A stretch of DNA of 32,000 nt from Wallemia ichthyophaga EXF-994. Its lineage: Eukaryota; Fungi; Basidiomycota. Location: contig NW_008806276.1 in the NCBI RefSeq assembly GCF_000400465.1, positions 300,001-332,000 of the forward strand, in the 5' to 3' direction. Position numbers and translations under genes: made by a program. Under the pieces are notes generated by a model. It did not search any database. It worked only from the letters and a program-made list of their open reading frames with translations, and was not told the DNA's origin. Positions within the stretch are counted from its first letter, which is position 1. Every line of letters begins with the position of its first letter. Below, piece after piece: positions 13,733 through 25,835 of the stretch.

Positions 13733-13780
13733 GACGGTTATGAAAGACGCGTAAACTAGAGGCGTGTTTAAACGATAAAA

Positions 13781-16479
13781 CTAAATAAAATAATTCCAAT
13801 CTATTTTACACTCATTCCAATCATCCTGCTTGTTCTCTAAGCTTAGTAGGTGCCGCAGCGTTGGCCTCCCATGAGGACAGTTCTACACAGATTAGGAGTT
13901 TAATCAATGATAGTAGTTTGAAGATACTCACCCAGGGCTGTTTGAGTGTTGAAAGATTCCTAACGATGCTTGTCATTTGCTTCTTCTTCAGGGATTTTCC
14001 AACCATTACACTCATTCTGCATGCTCGACTAGCAAACATGTCTTTTGCTTTTGTACATCGGGGAACCTGGCTTGGATTTTCATTGATGTCATGAATCAGC
14101 TCTTCTAAATCTACTGGCTACCATTAGACATATATCGACTTGAATATCAACGTACCCCTCAAATCGAACACTGTAGTTTTTGACAGGGGCAGAGCTACCA
14201 ATTGGCATCGTCTACCACTCGCGCCATCTCCGTCAACTTGAATTTCGAAGCCGTTCTGTTTGAGCGTCTCCAGGTTGTCAAAAACTGTCAATTCATCAGA
14301 CGCACTTAAATCGAGAGTACGTGGCCTGCCAAACAAGTCAATAATCACTACGCTGGTTGCGCTTCCAACTCACTTGATAAGCTTCTGAGACTGTATCCTA
14401 GAATTGAGTTGTAGCTTCTCGTAATTATACTTCTCATCTGCGGCATGTTGGTCAACGATAAAGAGATCATTCTCTTGTAGACCATTGTCGTTGACAGCCT
14501 TGCGTTTGACTATCATAAACCCTAAGTTGAACTGCCCAAGTATTTCTAGATTCTCAAAGTCAGTCTTGTGCAATACTCGCGATAGCGCTTGCTCTGCAGC
14601 TTGAGAGTTATCAAAGTTCTCTATTCCAGCTTTTTCCAGTTTTTCTGAGTACAACTTTTGCGAATTTTCATTAGTCAATGCGTTCGATTTGTTTGTATCT
14701 TTTTGCCATTTATAATGAAGTTCGTCAATATTAACAGTCAGTGACTGTCTAAAGTAGTTTGGCTCATCATCTTCTGAGCTTTCGTCGATCGTAAAAGTGT
14801 CATTCACGATTTGCATGTCAATGTTATGAGGATTCTGGACATCATTTTCATCTATTTGATTGTAAAAGCCATTGTCAAAAACTTTTGAATCAGTTTGATC
14901 GATTCGAATTTTCGTGTCAGTCTCTCTATCGCTAATCTCATCAATTAGTTCTGTCTCAGTTTTCCTTCTTTTAGGTGCTCGATCAACTGTTACTTGATTA
15001 TCAGGAAACACCTCTGATGCCCATGAAGCATGTCTCGTATTTATTTGAGAGCTACTCATTGGATTTTCGGGTAAATCGTTAACCTTCTCGCACACAACCG
15101 AACCATCATTGTCGCTATCAATTGAGTTGTTATTGGGCTTTTTTTGAAAATCATCTTGACTAATTTGTTCCTCTGACAATGACTCAGCATCCCTATCGTA
15201 GCTGTGTTGATCATCATCAGCATCCTTTTGAGGTAAATCAGAAAGCTTATTTGGGGGTTCATTTAAAGGGATTGAGTGCATTTGAATGCTAGGTTGATGA
15301 ATAATTGGCGTTGGAACTGATTGAGACTGTTTGTTTATCGTAAAGTGACCTCTAAATGGTTCAAAAAATAGGTTCAAATGGTAGTTGAGTGAATCTATTA
15401 AGCTAGATTCAAAGTGTAAGAAAATTGTACGCTTGTCAGGAGTAATATTGACGTCGTAAGCATCAGTGGGTATCTTAAAATCAGCGACGATAAAAGGATA
15501 AGATTGATTAATGTAAGATCTGAATAGGGAATTAATTGTTTTGGCGACTTTTGGTAGATTACAAGGTCTACCATTGATATAAAAGTATTGTCTGTCAGAA
15601 GTAGATCTTCCATGAGCGAATAAGGGTTTAGATATTGAACCAATCAGGTTTACAGTGAACGAAGTGTTAGTTATGCCCTCACGTTTTGCTATAGAAGGAT
15701 CGACTTGAACAGGTAATTCTAAAGAGAGCGGAACTAAAGATTGATTTGCTGTTGAGCCGAATACAGAAGCGATTGAAGAAGGTAAAGAAGATTTACCTGC
15801 AGTTTGAAAGATGATAGACTTCTTATTAGCTTTATTATAGTTGGAAATATTGAATTTGACACTTGAGTGTAAAGGGCATAACGCATAAGATTGTAACAAG
15901 TTGATAGCTTTGCTGAATTCTCTCTTAAGGTTCTTTTCGAACTCCCTTCTTCGAACGGGTAAATTGTAGAATAAAGTAGACAAAGAGATGGTGGTACCCC
16001 TTTGTCTTGGGATATTGTGTCTTAACTGAGTAATGTTTCCTTTGTTATCGAAGGAGATGTTTGTAGCTTTTGGTGACGTCACATCGGTTGCAGTTAAGCA
16101 ATCGAAGGACTTAGAGATGGTAGATAAGCTGGATAAGGCTTCACCACGGAAACCGAAAGTGCATAAATTGTTGAGGTCGTCGAAATTGGATAATTTTGAA
16201 GTAAAGTGCTTCTTAGTTAAGGATGAGAAGGATGATTCGTGGATACCAAAGCCATTATCAATAACCTTAAACCCATCGAAACCAGAATTATAGAAATTAA
16301 TTTCAATTATGCTTGAATTAGCGTCTAAACTGTTCTCAATTAATTCTTTGACGGCAGCTGTGATTAAGTGTGTGAGTGAGAGTGTATATGAAGATGAATA
16401 ACGAACATTGTAGATCTAAAATAACTTGATCAGATTGCAATTTATTTTTTGTTTTTGTATCGATTGAATTTAGGGACAT
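13781..16479 (-). CDS. PMS1: MutL-alpha endonuclease subunit (fungal Pms1 / human PMS2 homologue), multi-exon
   Basis: GHKL ATPase motifs SAVKELIENSLDA, DNGFGI, TSKL and TFGFRGEALSSL. Endonuclease motifs DQHAADEKYNYE, ACR and PW|NCPHGRPT. Stop at 13781-13783. Confidence 0.95.
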
Positions 16480-16513
16480 TGAGGTTGGTTGAACAAGAAC
16501 ACTATTGAGGCGA

Positions 16514-18010
16514 ATGGATCGATTGTTTACAGATAACTTAGAATATTTAGAATCTCTAAATAATTTAAGGCTAATTGAAATAAATAAGCAACCAAAGCTA
16601 CTCAAATCTCAATTATTTGATTCCACCAATGATTTAAATAATCTATTGATTAAGGATTATAATATATTCTTAAATAACCAATCAACTGCTAATTCAATTG
16701 AAAGTTCAAATTTAGACTTAGATTTGAATTTAGTAGATGATCTATCAATATTCAATGAGAACACTAGAAATATAAAGTCTAATCTGAAATCTTCAATTGA
16801 CTTGTTGAATTTGAGTAATGAGCTCCAGTTCATACTAAGATTACCCATAAAGTTAGATAACTTGATCAAATGTGATAACTTCAAAGAATCCATACTCTTA
16901 TTAGATAAGTACGAATTCATTATGACCTCAACTTCTAGTTTATCATCTCAACTAATCATGGAACTGGATAGCCTTAAAATGATTTTGATCAACAAACTAA
17001 TCATATCACTATCTTCAAATAAGCGATTAAGTGATTTAAACAATTCCATCAAATACTTGGAAAAGTTAACCAATCTAGACTACCGAGCGCTCTCCATTAT
17101 ATTCTTGAAATCTAAGTTATCCTTATTCAATCAACGAACATTTTCATTTAAAGATGAAGACTCCATCAAATTATACTTTGACTTTGTTAGACAATCCTTA
17201 ACTGATCTAATTAGCCAATTCAACTCCATTTTTAGCAACCTTGATGATAAACTCATTCTATTACCTTTCATACAAGACATTTTAGCAAACTTGTTCTCCT
17301 CACTACAATCCAACCTTAATTTTATCAATGACGCCGTAGCCTTATCTTCAATAGCTGGCTCTATCACTTACCTGAATCACTCCTTCTCATCTATCGGTTT
17401 AGACATTTCACCCCCTATATCTCAAATAATTCATTCTACCATCCTATCTTTCATAAACAAGTCCTTTAACATACCATCAAATGACACCAAAAACTACTTA
17501 CAATCTCTGCTCAAGTCTCCAAAATCTTCAAAATCTATATCATCTTCCTTACTGTCAGATAGTGTTAAAGTCAAATTATCACAAAATAAATTACCAACAT
17601 ACCCAATTTTTAACGGTGACTTTACTTTAAATCCCCCTCAACTTGTATCAAATCATCCTTTTCTGGCCAGCTGGTTAAACTCAATCCTGAATACCCTAAA
17701 TTCTCTCAGATTATTAGCACCAATTTCACTCAAATCTCATTTGAATAGCTCTTTAGATCAATCTCTCATCTTAATTGCAAGGATATTTTCAGTGTTTATC
17801 GTTCACTATTCACCTAGTAAAGATCCAAATCTTGATTTGAAATCTCTATACTTTACCATTTTTGCTTTCGTTCATCAAGCACTACCCTATTCAAAAGTAG
17901 CACTAACTCAATACATTTACCAAGATTCCAGCCACACTGTCTCATACGATCAAGAATTGAAGTTTATCATTGATCGCTTGATTGAATGGCTCGATAAATT
18001 TAGCTTCTGA
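16514..18010 (+). CDS. COG8: Conserved oligomeric Golgi complex subunit 8 (Dor1)
   Basis: Intronless, helical, Leu/Ser-rich ORF. It has Cog8-like segments ELQFILRLPIKLDNLIKCDNFKESI and PFLASWLNSILNTLNSLRLLAP. Confidence 0.72.
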   Translation: MDRLFTDNLEYLESLNNLRLIEINKQPKLLKSQLFDSTNDLNNLLIKDYNIFLNNQSTANSIESSNLDLDLNLVDDLSIFNENTRNIKSNLKSSIDLLNLSNELQFILRLPIKLDNLIKCDNFKESILLLDKYEFIMTSTSSLSSQLIMELDSLKMILINKLIISLSSNKRLSDLNNSIKYLEKLTNLDYRALSIIFLKSKLSLFNQRTFSFKDEDSIKLYFDFVRQSLTDLISQFNSIFSNLDDKLILLPFIQDILANLFSSLQSNLNFINDAVALSSIAGSITYLNHSFSSIGLDISPPISQIIHSTILSFINKSFNIPSNDTKNYLQSLLKSPKSSKSISSSLLSDSVKVKLSQNKLPTYPIFNGDFTLNPPQLVSNHPFLASWLNSILNTLNSLRLLAPISLKSHLNSSLDQSLILIARIFSVFIVHYSPSKDPNLDLKSLYFTIFAFVHQALPYSKVALTQYIYQDSSHTVSYDQELKFIIDRLIEWLDKFSF

Positions 18011-18052
18011 TGCATTTCACTATTTCTACAAATGTTTTCTCAATGAGAGGGT

Positions 18053-20863
18053 TTAAAACCACTTTGCGTCTAATTGTTTCGCTTTCACCTTGACTCATTG
18101 TTAGCATCAGTATTCATATTAATCAACTAATGGCTTACTATCGGTTTGACTATGATAAGACCAATAGACAACGCCAAAATCGTAATAGCTAATTGTATTT
18201 TGTTGAAACTTTCACTCAATACATCGAACTGTCTGGATGGTGAGACTCTAAACATGAAGATATCTTGTCCGTAAGCAACACAAATCGAAGTGGACTCTAA
18301 TTGCGTCGATGGTACGCATTGAATGTCTTTGACACCGATGACTGGATCTTCATTTAGTATTGCTTTTGGGTCATTTGGTATCTTGGCCAAATCACTATTT
18401 ATGACCATGTCGAATTGGCTATTGTTCTTCTTGCCTTTGCTGATTGCAGCCAACTTGTTAATGTGCATTTGCTTAGGTGTGTTAGGATCCAAGTATAACC
18501 TAGGTATCGAGATTATATCATCATTATCGTTAGCTATAATCAAATCCTTGTGTGTAATACCATTCCTTGTTACTGTTGGACTTATAGCTTTGATCGTGTT
18601 CGGTGAATACAGATATTCATGTTTCAAGTCTTCGACATTGACAAACAATTCTTTGGAATGAACTATTGTACTCATGTCCATTGTTCTGGCAACTGTGATT
18701 ATTCTATTGTCAATAAAAACGCTATTTTCTTCTTCGCTCTCATCCTCTATTGTGTACTCTCTCTCGACTTGTCCTGTCACACCATCTACGACATATAGCT
18801 GCTTCATAGATGTATCTGCAATTACCGTAGTAATTAGTACAGCATGCGGGTTCAAGTATTTTTCAATTGCTTCTCTATTGGGCCCAATCTGTGCTACCGA
18901 TGCAGTTGCACTGTTTATACGTTCTTGAACACCGACAATAGCTTGGTTTTCTGGTGCAAAAAATGACCAGATTTGATTTGACTCTATATCTTCATAGTTC
19001 ATCATTGGTTTGTATCCATTTACTTTATCCTCAGATACTTGTAACGTGTAATAAAAGTCATTGGATATTGAATCGAATTTATCTCTGACAGTCTTGCAAA
19101 ATGGATATAAATGTATACCCAGTTCTTCATCTATCAATGCTATTGCTCTGTTACCAGAGCTACCACACTCTATATCAAGTGGTATGATTTTGATCGGTCT
19201 GCTTTCCATTAAAGACAAATAAGCAACACTGCCAGAGCCCGTTAAAGCCGGTCCACCCAAAGCATCGACCTCAATTGCGAGGGTTTTCAATTTCCCATTA
19301 ATTTCTAGGTATTCAACCAATGCTAAGACGTGAGCTGCATCATTAATACCAGCTGAGCGTGTGTTTATCAAATGTGTTACTCTCGTGTTTGAGCCAAAAT
19401 TTCTACTCCAAAGTGTCTTGTTCGGATTGGCACTATCCAATCCTATTAATTTACCTTGTTTTGTGCCAACAATCACTATTTTTCTGTATCCGAATAAATC
19501 TCTAACTAACGAAGTTGAATCTCTGTGCCTGTCTCCTGTTAAAAATCTGGAACCGAAATTGACAATATATCTGGGAAAGTATTTGATGTTGTGGAAATGA
19601 CTCAGGATTCTTGGGATAAAGGAGTACAGTTGGTTATTGTCAATTGAAGTCATTGGTTCATCTTTTTCTGGTAAATCAACCATAGTCAACGACAGTGGAT
19701 CTGATAAGCCTAATTCCTTCACCCATTTTATTTGTAGGCCTTGATATAGTTCCATTGTCCCGGATGTCGTAATCAAAGCCATTCTAGCCACTGAGCTGTA
19801 GTTGTTTGCTAAAGTTGCTTCACTGATAATCTGTATAGGTGTGCCGCGCTTTGTCTGATCAAAAGGCAATGTGTATGAGCTTTCCAACTTGCCGTCGGGA
19901 CCGTCTGGTGTAAAGATGTTGACGGTTAAGGCCTGAGTTTTTTTTAAGTAATCGAATAGTAATCAAGTGATCACTAACTCGTAGTGCATTTGCGGGTGAA
20001 GTCTGTACTATAAATGCTCTATTGTGCTTATCTAGATAACCATTAAAGTATGTCAAAGTGGGATCATACTTGAAGGCATGTAGTTGATTGAGAACACCCA
20101 TTTCGATAGTGTAAACCAAAAGATCGTCTTGATAGACAGCACTGAAGATATTCTTGGATGACAGATTCAAATCAACGAGAGTTTTAAAGGACTTTTTTGA
20201 TGACGTGATAGGTTTCAAAGATTTAAGATCAATGATAGAAAGCCTAGAGTGTTTGTTTAGCAATATTAAGTAGTCTCGGGTGAACTGAGTGCTAAGGTGA
20301 TCCTCCAATTTCGCCTTAGACATTGTATCACCCGAACTGGGATCCAAAGACATAATTTCGTTGCTGTTGTATAAGTAGATGAAATTTGATTGAGACTGTA
20401 GACGGTAATTGTCATGTACTTGGAGCTCCCAAAGTAGATCTGCGGATAGAATATTGAAGCATCTCAGATGATTGTTATCAAGGACCAGGATGGAGTGTTT
20501 GTCATCCTTTGTAAAATCTACCTGGAAGTCACTCGAAGCTGCCAATGTTTTGTTCCAAAATTCATGCAAGCTGTGTCCATCAAACAGTCTTAGCGTGTGT
20601 TGAGAATCCAAACTAGCCAAAACGTCTTGATCAAACTTATAAGAAATTAGATTATCAAAGTTTATTCTGTTGAGTAGTTTGCCGTCTGAAGGGTTGAGTA
20701 CGTTGATGTCTTTATTGGAGTGGGTGACCAGCGCAGTCTTGTTTTGAGATACTTGCTTGTAGTTGAACTGATGAAAATATATTTTTTCTGGGATATTTAT
20801 TGATTCTAGCTTAAACCCGCATATTACTTGGACCAATGCTATAATCGCGATCAACCACTTCAT
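18053..20863 (-). CDS. EMC1: ER membrane protein complex subunit 1
   Basis: Signal peptide and a large beta-rich lumenal domain. C-terminal LESTSICVAYGQDIFMFRVSPSRQFDVLSESFNK, then a TM helix and last exon VKAKQLDAKWF* (stop 18053-18055). Confidence 0.9.
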
Positions 20864-20890
20864 CGTCGATTAATATCAAGTTCTTTACAA

Positions 20891-23800
20891 TTAAAAAAGT
20901 TTATTTGCGAAATTTATTGATATCAAGTCAAAGCCCTCTGTTTTAACCCCATTCAAAAATATATCATGCCTCTCTATCAACTCCTTTTGATTCTTCCTTA
21001 ACTCTCTTATCACCCCATGACTGCGCGCGCACAATGGACATTCGCTTTCATTGTCTGCTAATGACGTCGCATTGTACGAGTGCCCGCACGCAAAGTGTAT
21101 TGCAGGTAGCTCCAGTCTCTCCCCTGTAGAAGCACACCTTGTGTTTTGGAATGACTGCGCCTTGTCACTCAATCCATTCAGCTTGTTCTCTTTCTTTTTA
21201 CTTTCCTCTCGATACGTGAGAAACAGCAGCTCGTCGAGTCTGCTCTTTTCTTCGTCGTCACTAACTTTTCTTATAATCCATTCCTTGATTGCTCCGATCT
21301 GTACACCTGCTTTACTGATTATCTCAATTACCTCACTATACTCCGGTAGCTTGATCGACTCGTCCACATGCCCATTTTTGTTCAATTCTACTTTTACGTT
21401 ATCTATTTCATTCAAAAGATTTTGTATGTCTGACAGTCTCTTGCTGTCACTCTCGATTCGATCAACCAAGAATTTCAGTACAACCACGTACATGTGAGGA
21501 ACAAACCTTCCGTACAGATGGATGGACGTGATTACTTGCTCGATCATCTCTTCTCCTATACCTTTGACATCAGAGTATTTACACAACTCGATGTAATGAT
21601 AAATTACTTCTTCGTATAGCCCTAATATACACCAAATCTTCAGCTTTCCCTCATCATAGTCTTCTAATGTGCATGTCATTAACGCGTGATTCAAGTCAAT
21701 GGGTATCTTATCGTGATTCTCGATCATAGTGAGTGACTTTGAGCGTAAGTCTTCACGCATCTTCCCATTTTCTGCATTTTTCGCTACTTTTAGATATACC
21801 TCTAACAATGTCGTCATCAAAGATGAAGCATCATTGTGATTGATTGGTTTAGACAACGTTGGCTGATCACATGTTTTGATGCTAGTTGTATCAATTTCTA
21901 TCCCCACCCTAGATTTCAAAATAGCTTCAATGAATTTGATTAACTGTTTCGGGACTTTGACGAAATGAGAAAAATACTTGCGCGGGGATGGGGGGACGTA
22001 AACATTTTCGTCCTCCTCCGATGACAATTGTGAGCCATGATTACTAGGGTTGTATCCAATATAGTTTATCGTGTTGGTGGCTATTGAATTTAAGCCACTT
22101 TTCCTCTTAATAAGCTTCTGATCAATGGATTTAGGCTTGTACGTGCCACAACACAAATCTATCAAAACGCAAGTGGTTTCCTCACACATGTTCTCCAAAA
22201 GCAATCTCCCGTAGTGATGTAGGTACTTCTCAGCCTGCGTATTTAATTAGATCAGGATTATTTAGCAATGATCAACAAACATCTTTGGAAGGAAGCTCCT
22301 CGAGATAAGACAATGCGAATGCCCAGTTATTGTTATCTTCAATCTGTATTTTTAGGAAGTCTTCGTGCCTATGATACTTTGCACTGAGCTGCAAAGCATG
22401 CTGTACGTATCCTGCTTGTCTCAAGACTCTGACAGCAGTCTGAAGGTCGAATTTCACTTCATCATTACTATCAGACTGATTGATAAAATCATTTAAACAG
22501 TCAACATCCTTTTAAAGTTAGTAGTGAAAAAGGAAGAATTTAGCATTCAGTACCTTTATTTTGATGAGACAATTTAGCAATAGCGTGGTATATTCAGGAT
22601 TGGCATATCCTTTGTAATGTAACTCTTGAAGGTATTTCACTAGTTCGTGAAATCGTTGCTTTTCTAATAACTAGAAGATTTTTAGGCATGGACCAGAATG
22701 CTAGGGCAATGCTACTTGCCTTTCGAATAATACTGCTAGATTCGACGAATCCAATTGCTTGGGAGTACTCTAGTGTTGCCGAATGAAAATCGCTTTTATC
22801 GTATAAGTGGTCACCGTAAAGTCTATGGACATCCATTATGACATCCTTTGCCAACTTCTTTTCTGTGACTATATCCAATGCTAGCAAATAATAACCCTTA
22901 GCGTAAAGTGAATTCAACTTGGCATCAATACTGATCTCGCTCAGGGAATACGTCTGAAATAGAAATTAAGTTCAAGTATTAAAACCCGTAAAATCTTACC
23001 TTGCCGTCATTGCAAATAATAAAGAGTGTTTTGTCGCACTTGACTACGTCAATAATGCCCTGATGTAGGTCCTTTTTGTACGCTACGAATTTAAGGTTAA
23101 GATCAATTATAGTGATTGAATTTGCGTCTGCACTAGCTTTGCTGTTCATGCAAAGCACAAGATAGTTTTGAAAGCTCCGTAGAAACAATTTTTCTCCTTC
23201 GAATGCATACGTCGCCCTCCTGCCTTCTATTCCATAAAGATATAATGCCTCTTCTCTAGCTAAAACCAAACTCGCTGAAGCTACTGGACTTGGTTGAAGA
23301 CAATTTAAACTACAACCTAAGTCGTCGAGTGGTGCAGCTGTACGACTACTCCTTGTTTTAATGTTTGAGACGAGCACGCAAGAAGGTGTTGATATAAACA
23401 GAACGTCCTCTGATGAGCCAAACAAAAGACCCGTTATCGGCTCATTAACGTCCACGATAAGATTGTAAGGCTTTAATTGTTCCAACTGCTGTATTGCCTG
23501 CTTGAATCTTCGCAACAAAATGACGCTGCCATTTGCGAGACCAATTGCTAAGAAGGACAGGTCGACGGAAATAGCAAACGAAGAAACCTGTAATGTCAGA
23601 AAGCGAGGACTTGATGATTAGCACCTACAGGGTGAGGATCGCTGTTGTGCTCTATGACTTTATGATAAGCGAGTTTAGGTTGATCAATCAAGTTCCAGCA
23701 CTTAATGACTGGATAGTTTGAGGAATTTTCCTAATTTATCGCGTTAGATTATCAGAATCGGAAGAATACACCTACAGCAAGAGCTACAAGCATGCTGCTG

Positions 23801-24061
23801 GACATGTCCAAGTAAAGGCATTTGCAATCCTCAAAGCCATTCCATTCGTGGATAATCTCAAGGTTTTTGTTATAAATTTTAATGTTGCCATTTGGGTATA
23901 CTTTGATGATCGATTCATGGTTGGACGTCATCAGACAGCCATCAAGACTTTCCACAGAGTTCTTCACTAGTGTTGAATTAAAGAAATTTAGAGATTTCCA
24001 CTATTTCTTGTTAGTTGTAGTCGCGTCAAGCCACATTACCTACGTTGTGTTTGGACGCCAT
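20891..24061 (-). CDS. VPS11: HOPS/CORVET subunit Vps11 (Pep5), multi-exon
   Basis: MASKHN|WKSLNFF start (intron 24001-24043), beta-propeller exons (LYLYGIEGRRATYAFEG), VHRLYGDHLYDKSDF, KFDLQTAVRVLRQAGY and a C-terminal RING-like region ...ELPAIHFACGHSY...ECPLC. Confidence 0.92.
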
Positions 24062-25396
24062 CAGTGACGGTGTATTGATAAGGCAAGCCCTGGGTTACAA
24101 AAACCACTAAAAAAAAAAAACCATGGCCCCCTCAAAACATTTTTATTATTGCTTGAATCTTTAGATCTCCATCGCATTATTATACTATTCCTTAGATGCT
24201 AGGATTCATTTCAACGACCGTTTTATGGGGCTTTGCCAGCCCAACTGTTTCGACATGGCTTTTTACAACTTAAGCACATCAAATGCTCCCAGACATGTGT
24301 GCTGCATAAATAACGGATAAATACTTATCCATAGTACTCGCTACTATACTCTTTTTGAGGCCACGGCGAAGAAGCAAAAGTATTGAATGGTGCGACTTTA
24401 TTTGGTTGGAACACTTTCAAGTTGCCCGATGACTGTTCCACGCGGTCCGCAATGTTTGTGTCACTAAAAGAGTTTCTAGGCTCGGCTGACGAGCAGCGTA
24501 TGACGGACTTGACTCATCGTCAAGTGAATTTAATCAAATGGACACAGATTAGGTCTCCCAAAATATCAACGTGAAGATAATAAATTTGCTTGTGCAGCAC
24601 GTTCCGACGGAGCCCTACAGCTGTACAGGCTGTATGGCAATGGTGAAGCGCTCATGCTGGATGCCGAGTGGAGCGCAGTGTAGGCGTGGGTGGGGGCAAT
24701 GCCGGTAGCATCGAAGTTAATATGAGCGTGGCGAGCAGTGATTATCTCTGCTACACCAGTTTACTTTTTTTTTCTTTTTGTTATTTGTCTTCGTTCCACG
24801 CCACCCCATGCCACTCTGCGTCAACCTCTGTCTACATCACCCTTCCAGCCTTCCTGGTTCTCAAGTCAGACAGAAGGATATGTGTAATACGATACATATC
24901 TATTTAGGAGAACTGTTGAAAGAATGTTTACAACTCTTTCAGAGCCTCAATCATTTTCATATAATTTACTGTACGCCCACCTACAGACTTACCTTAGAAC
25001 ATAGAACGCTTAAGCTTACTTCTTTGAAGTATAGGCTAATCTCATACGTTCTATCTTATATCGCTGTGTGCGTATTTCTCAATAGCGGTCTAAAGCTTAC
25101 AATGGGGGAGCTTAATAGATGAAATTGATGAGATGCATTATTTATATAAAGTGAGTATTGGGAATACATTTGTGGGTGCAATAGGTAGTGAGATCCGGAG
25201 GTGTTATATTAAAATCTGCTTACTTCCTTTGCTACTTCTATAATTCTTAAACTTTTTCTTGGACATAGTGGTTTGTGAGGAGGTTTATGTATTAGGTTTG
25301 ATTTCCCTAGTGGAAGATTACCATCGTTGATTCAACATGTTTGTTAATGTGCCCCGGTAATAGGTCAGGTTAGTGCTAGCGCTGCCTGTGTAAATA

Positions 25397-25619
25397 CACG
25401 TGAAAATTTACGCCTGAGCGCATGCTGTGCATCCCTATAGCCACGTGACAAGGAACGAAGGTATTCTAGAAATAACAGTTAGCACAAAAAATAACTGAAC
25501 ACACCAACAGGTATGAGGAATAAAAGCTGAGCAGATTCGTTTACGAAAATAAACTCACGACAAGTAACGAGGGTAGCGGGTAAGTGAAGCACATCCGAAA
25601 CAAGTTACGGGCCACGTGA
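25397..25619. promoter_or_regulatory. Cluster of three CACGTGA E-box (bHLH/Cbf1-type) motifs
   Basis: CACGTGA occurs at 25397, 25442 and 25613. The 25442 copy reads GTCACGTG on the minus strand. Function is unproven. Confidence 0.3.
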
Positions 25620-25835
25620 GCCACAGAGAAAATCACCTTTTCAGTCGCTGCTGCGACGTCTAAGCAGTCCACAATTATATAATCTTTTTCTTGCGATTCA
25701 ATGTCTTGAGTGACATCGCAAGTCGTGTGCGCCCGCTTCCCTTGGGTAATCTTCACCACGCCTAGTAAACTATATCTTCAATCCATCAACTCTTCAACTA
25801 CAACCTGATAGTACGAAGAAGATTGTAAATCCGAG

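Noticed and set aside
1003-21497. Numerous antisense ORFs (e.g. 1003-1263, 8609-8797, 9354-9611, 12874-13179, 16033-16293, 18323-18928, 21051-21497)
   Set aside because: They are shadows of well-supported genes on the opposite strand and have no independent motifs.
25541-25835. Minus-strand frame just outside the left arm (MVKITQGKRAH...)
   Set aside because: It has a GTG start, a nearby upstream stop and no recognisable homology, so I cannot support it as a gene.
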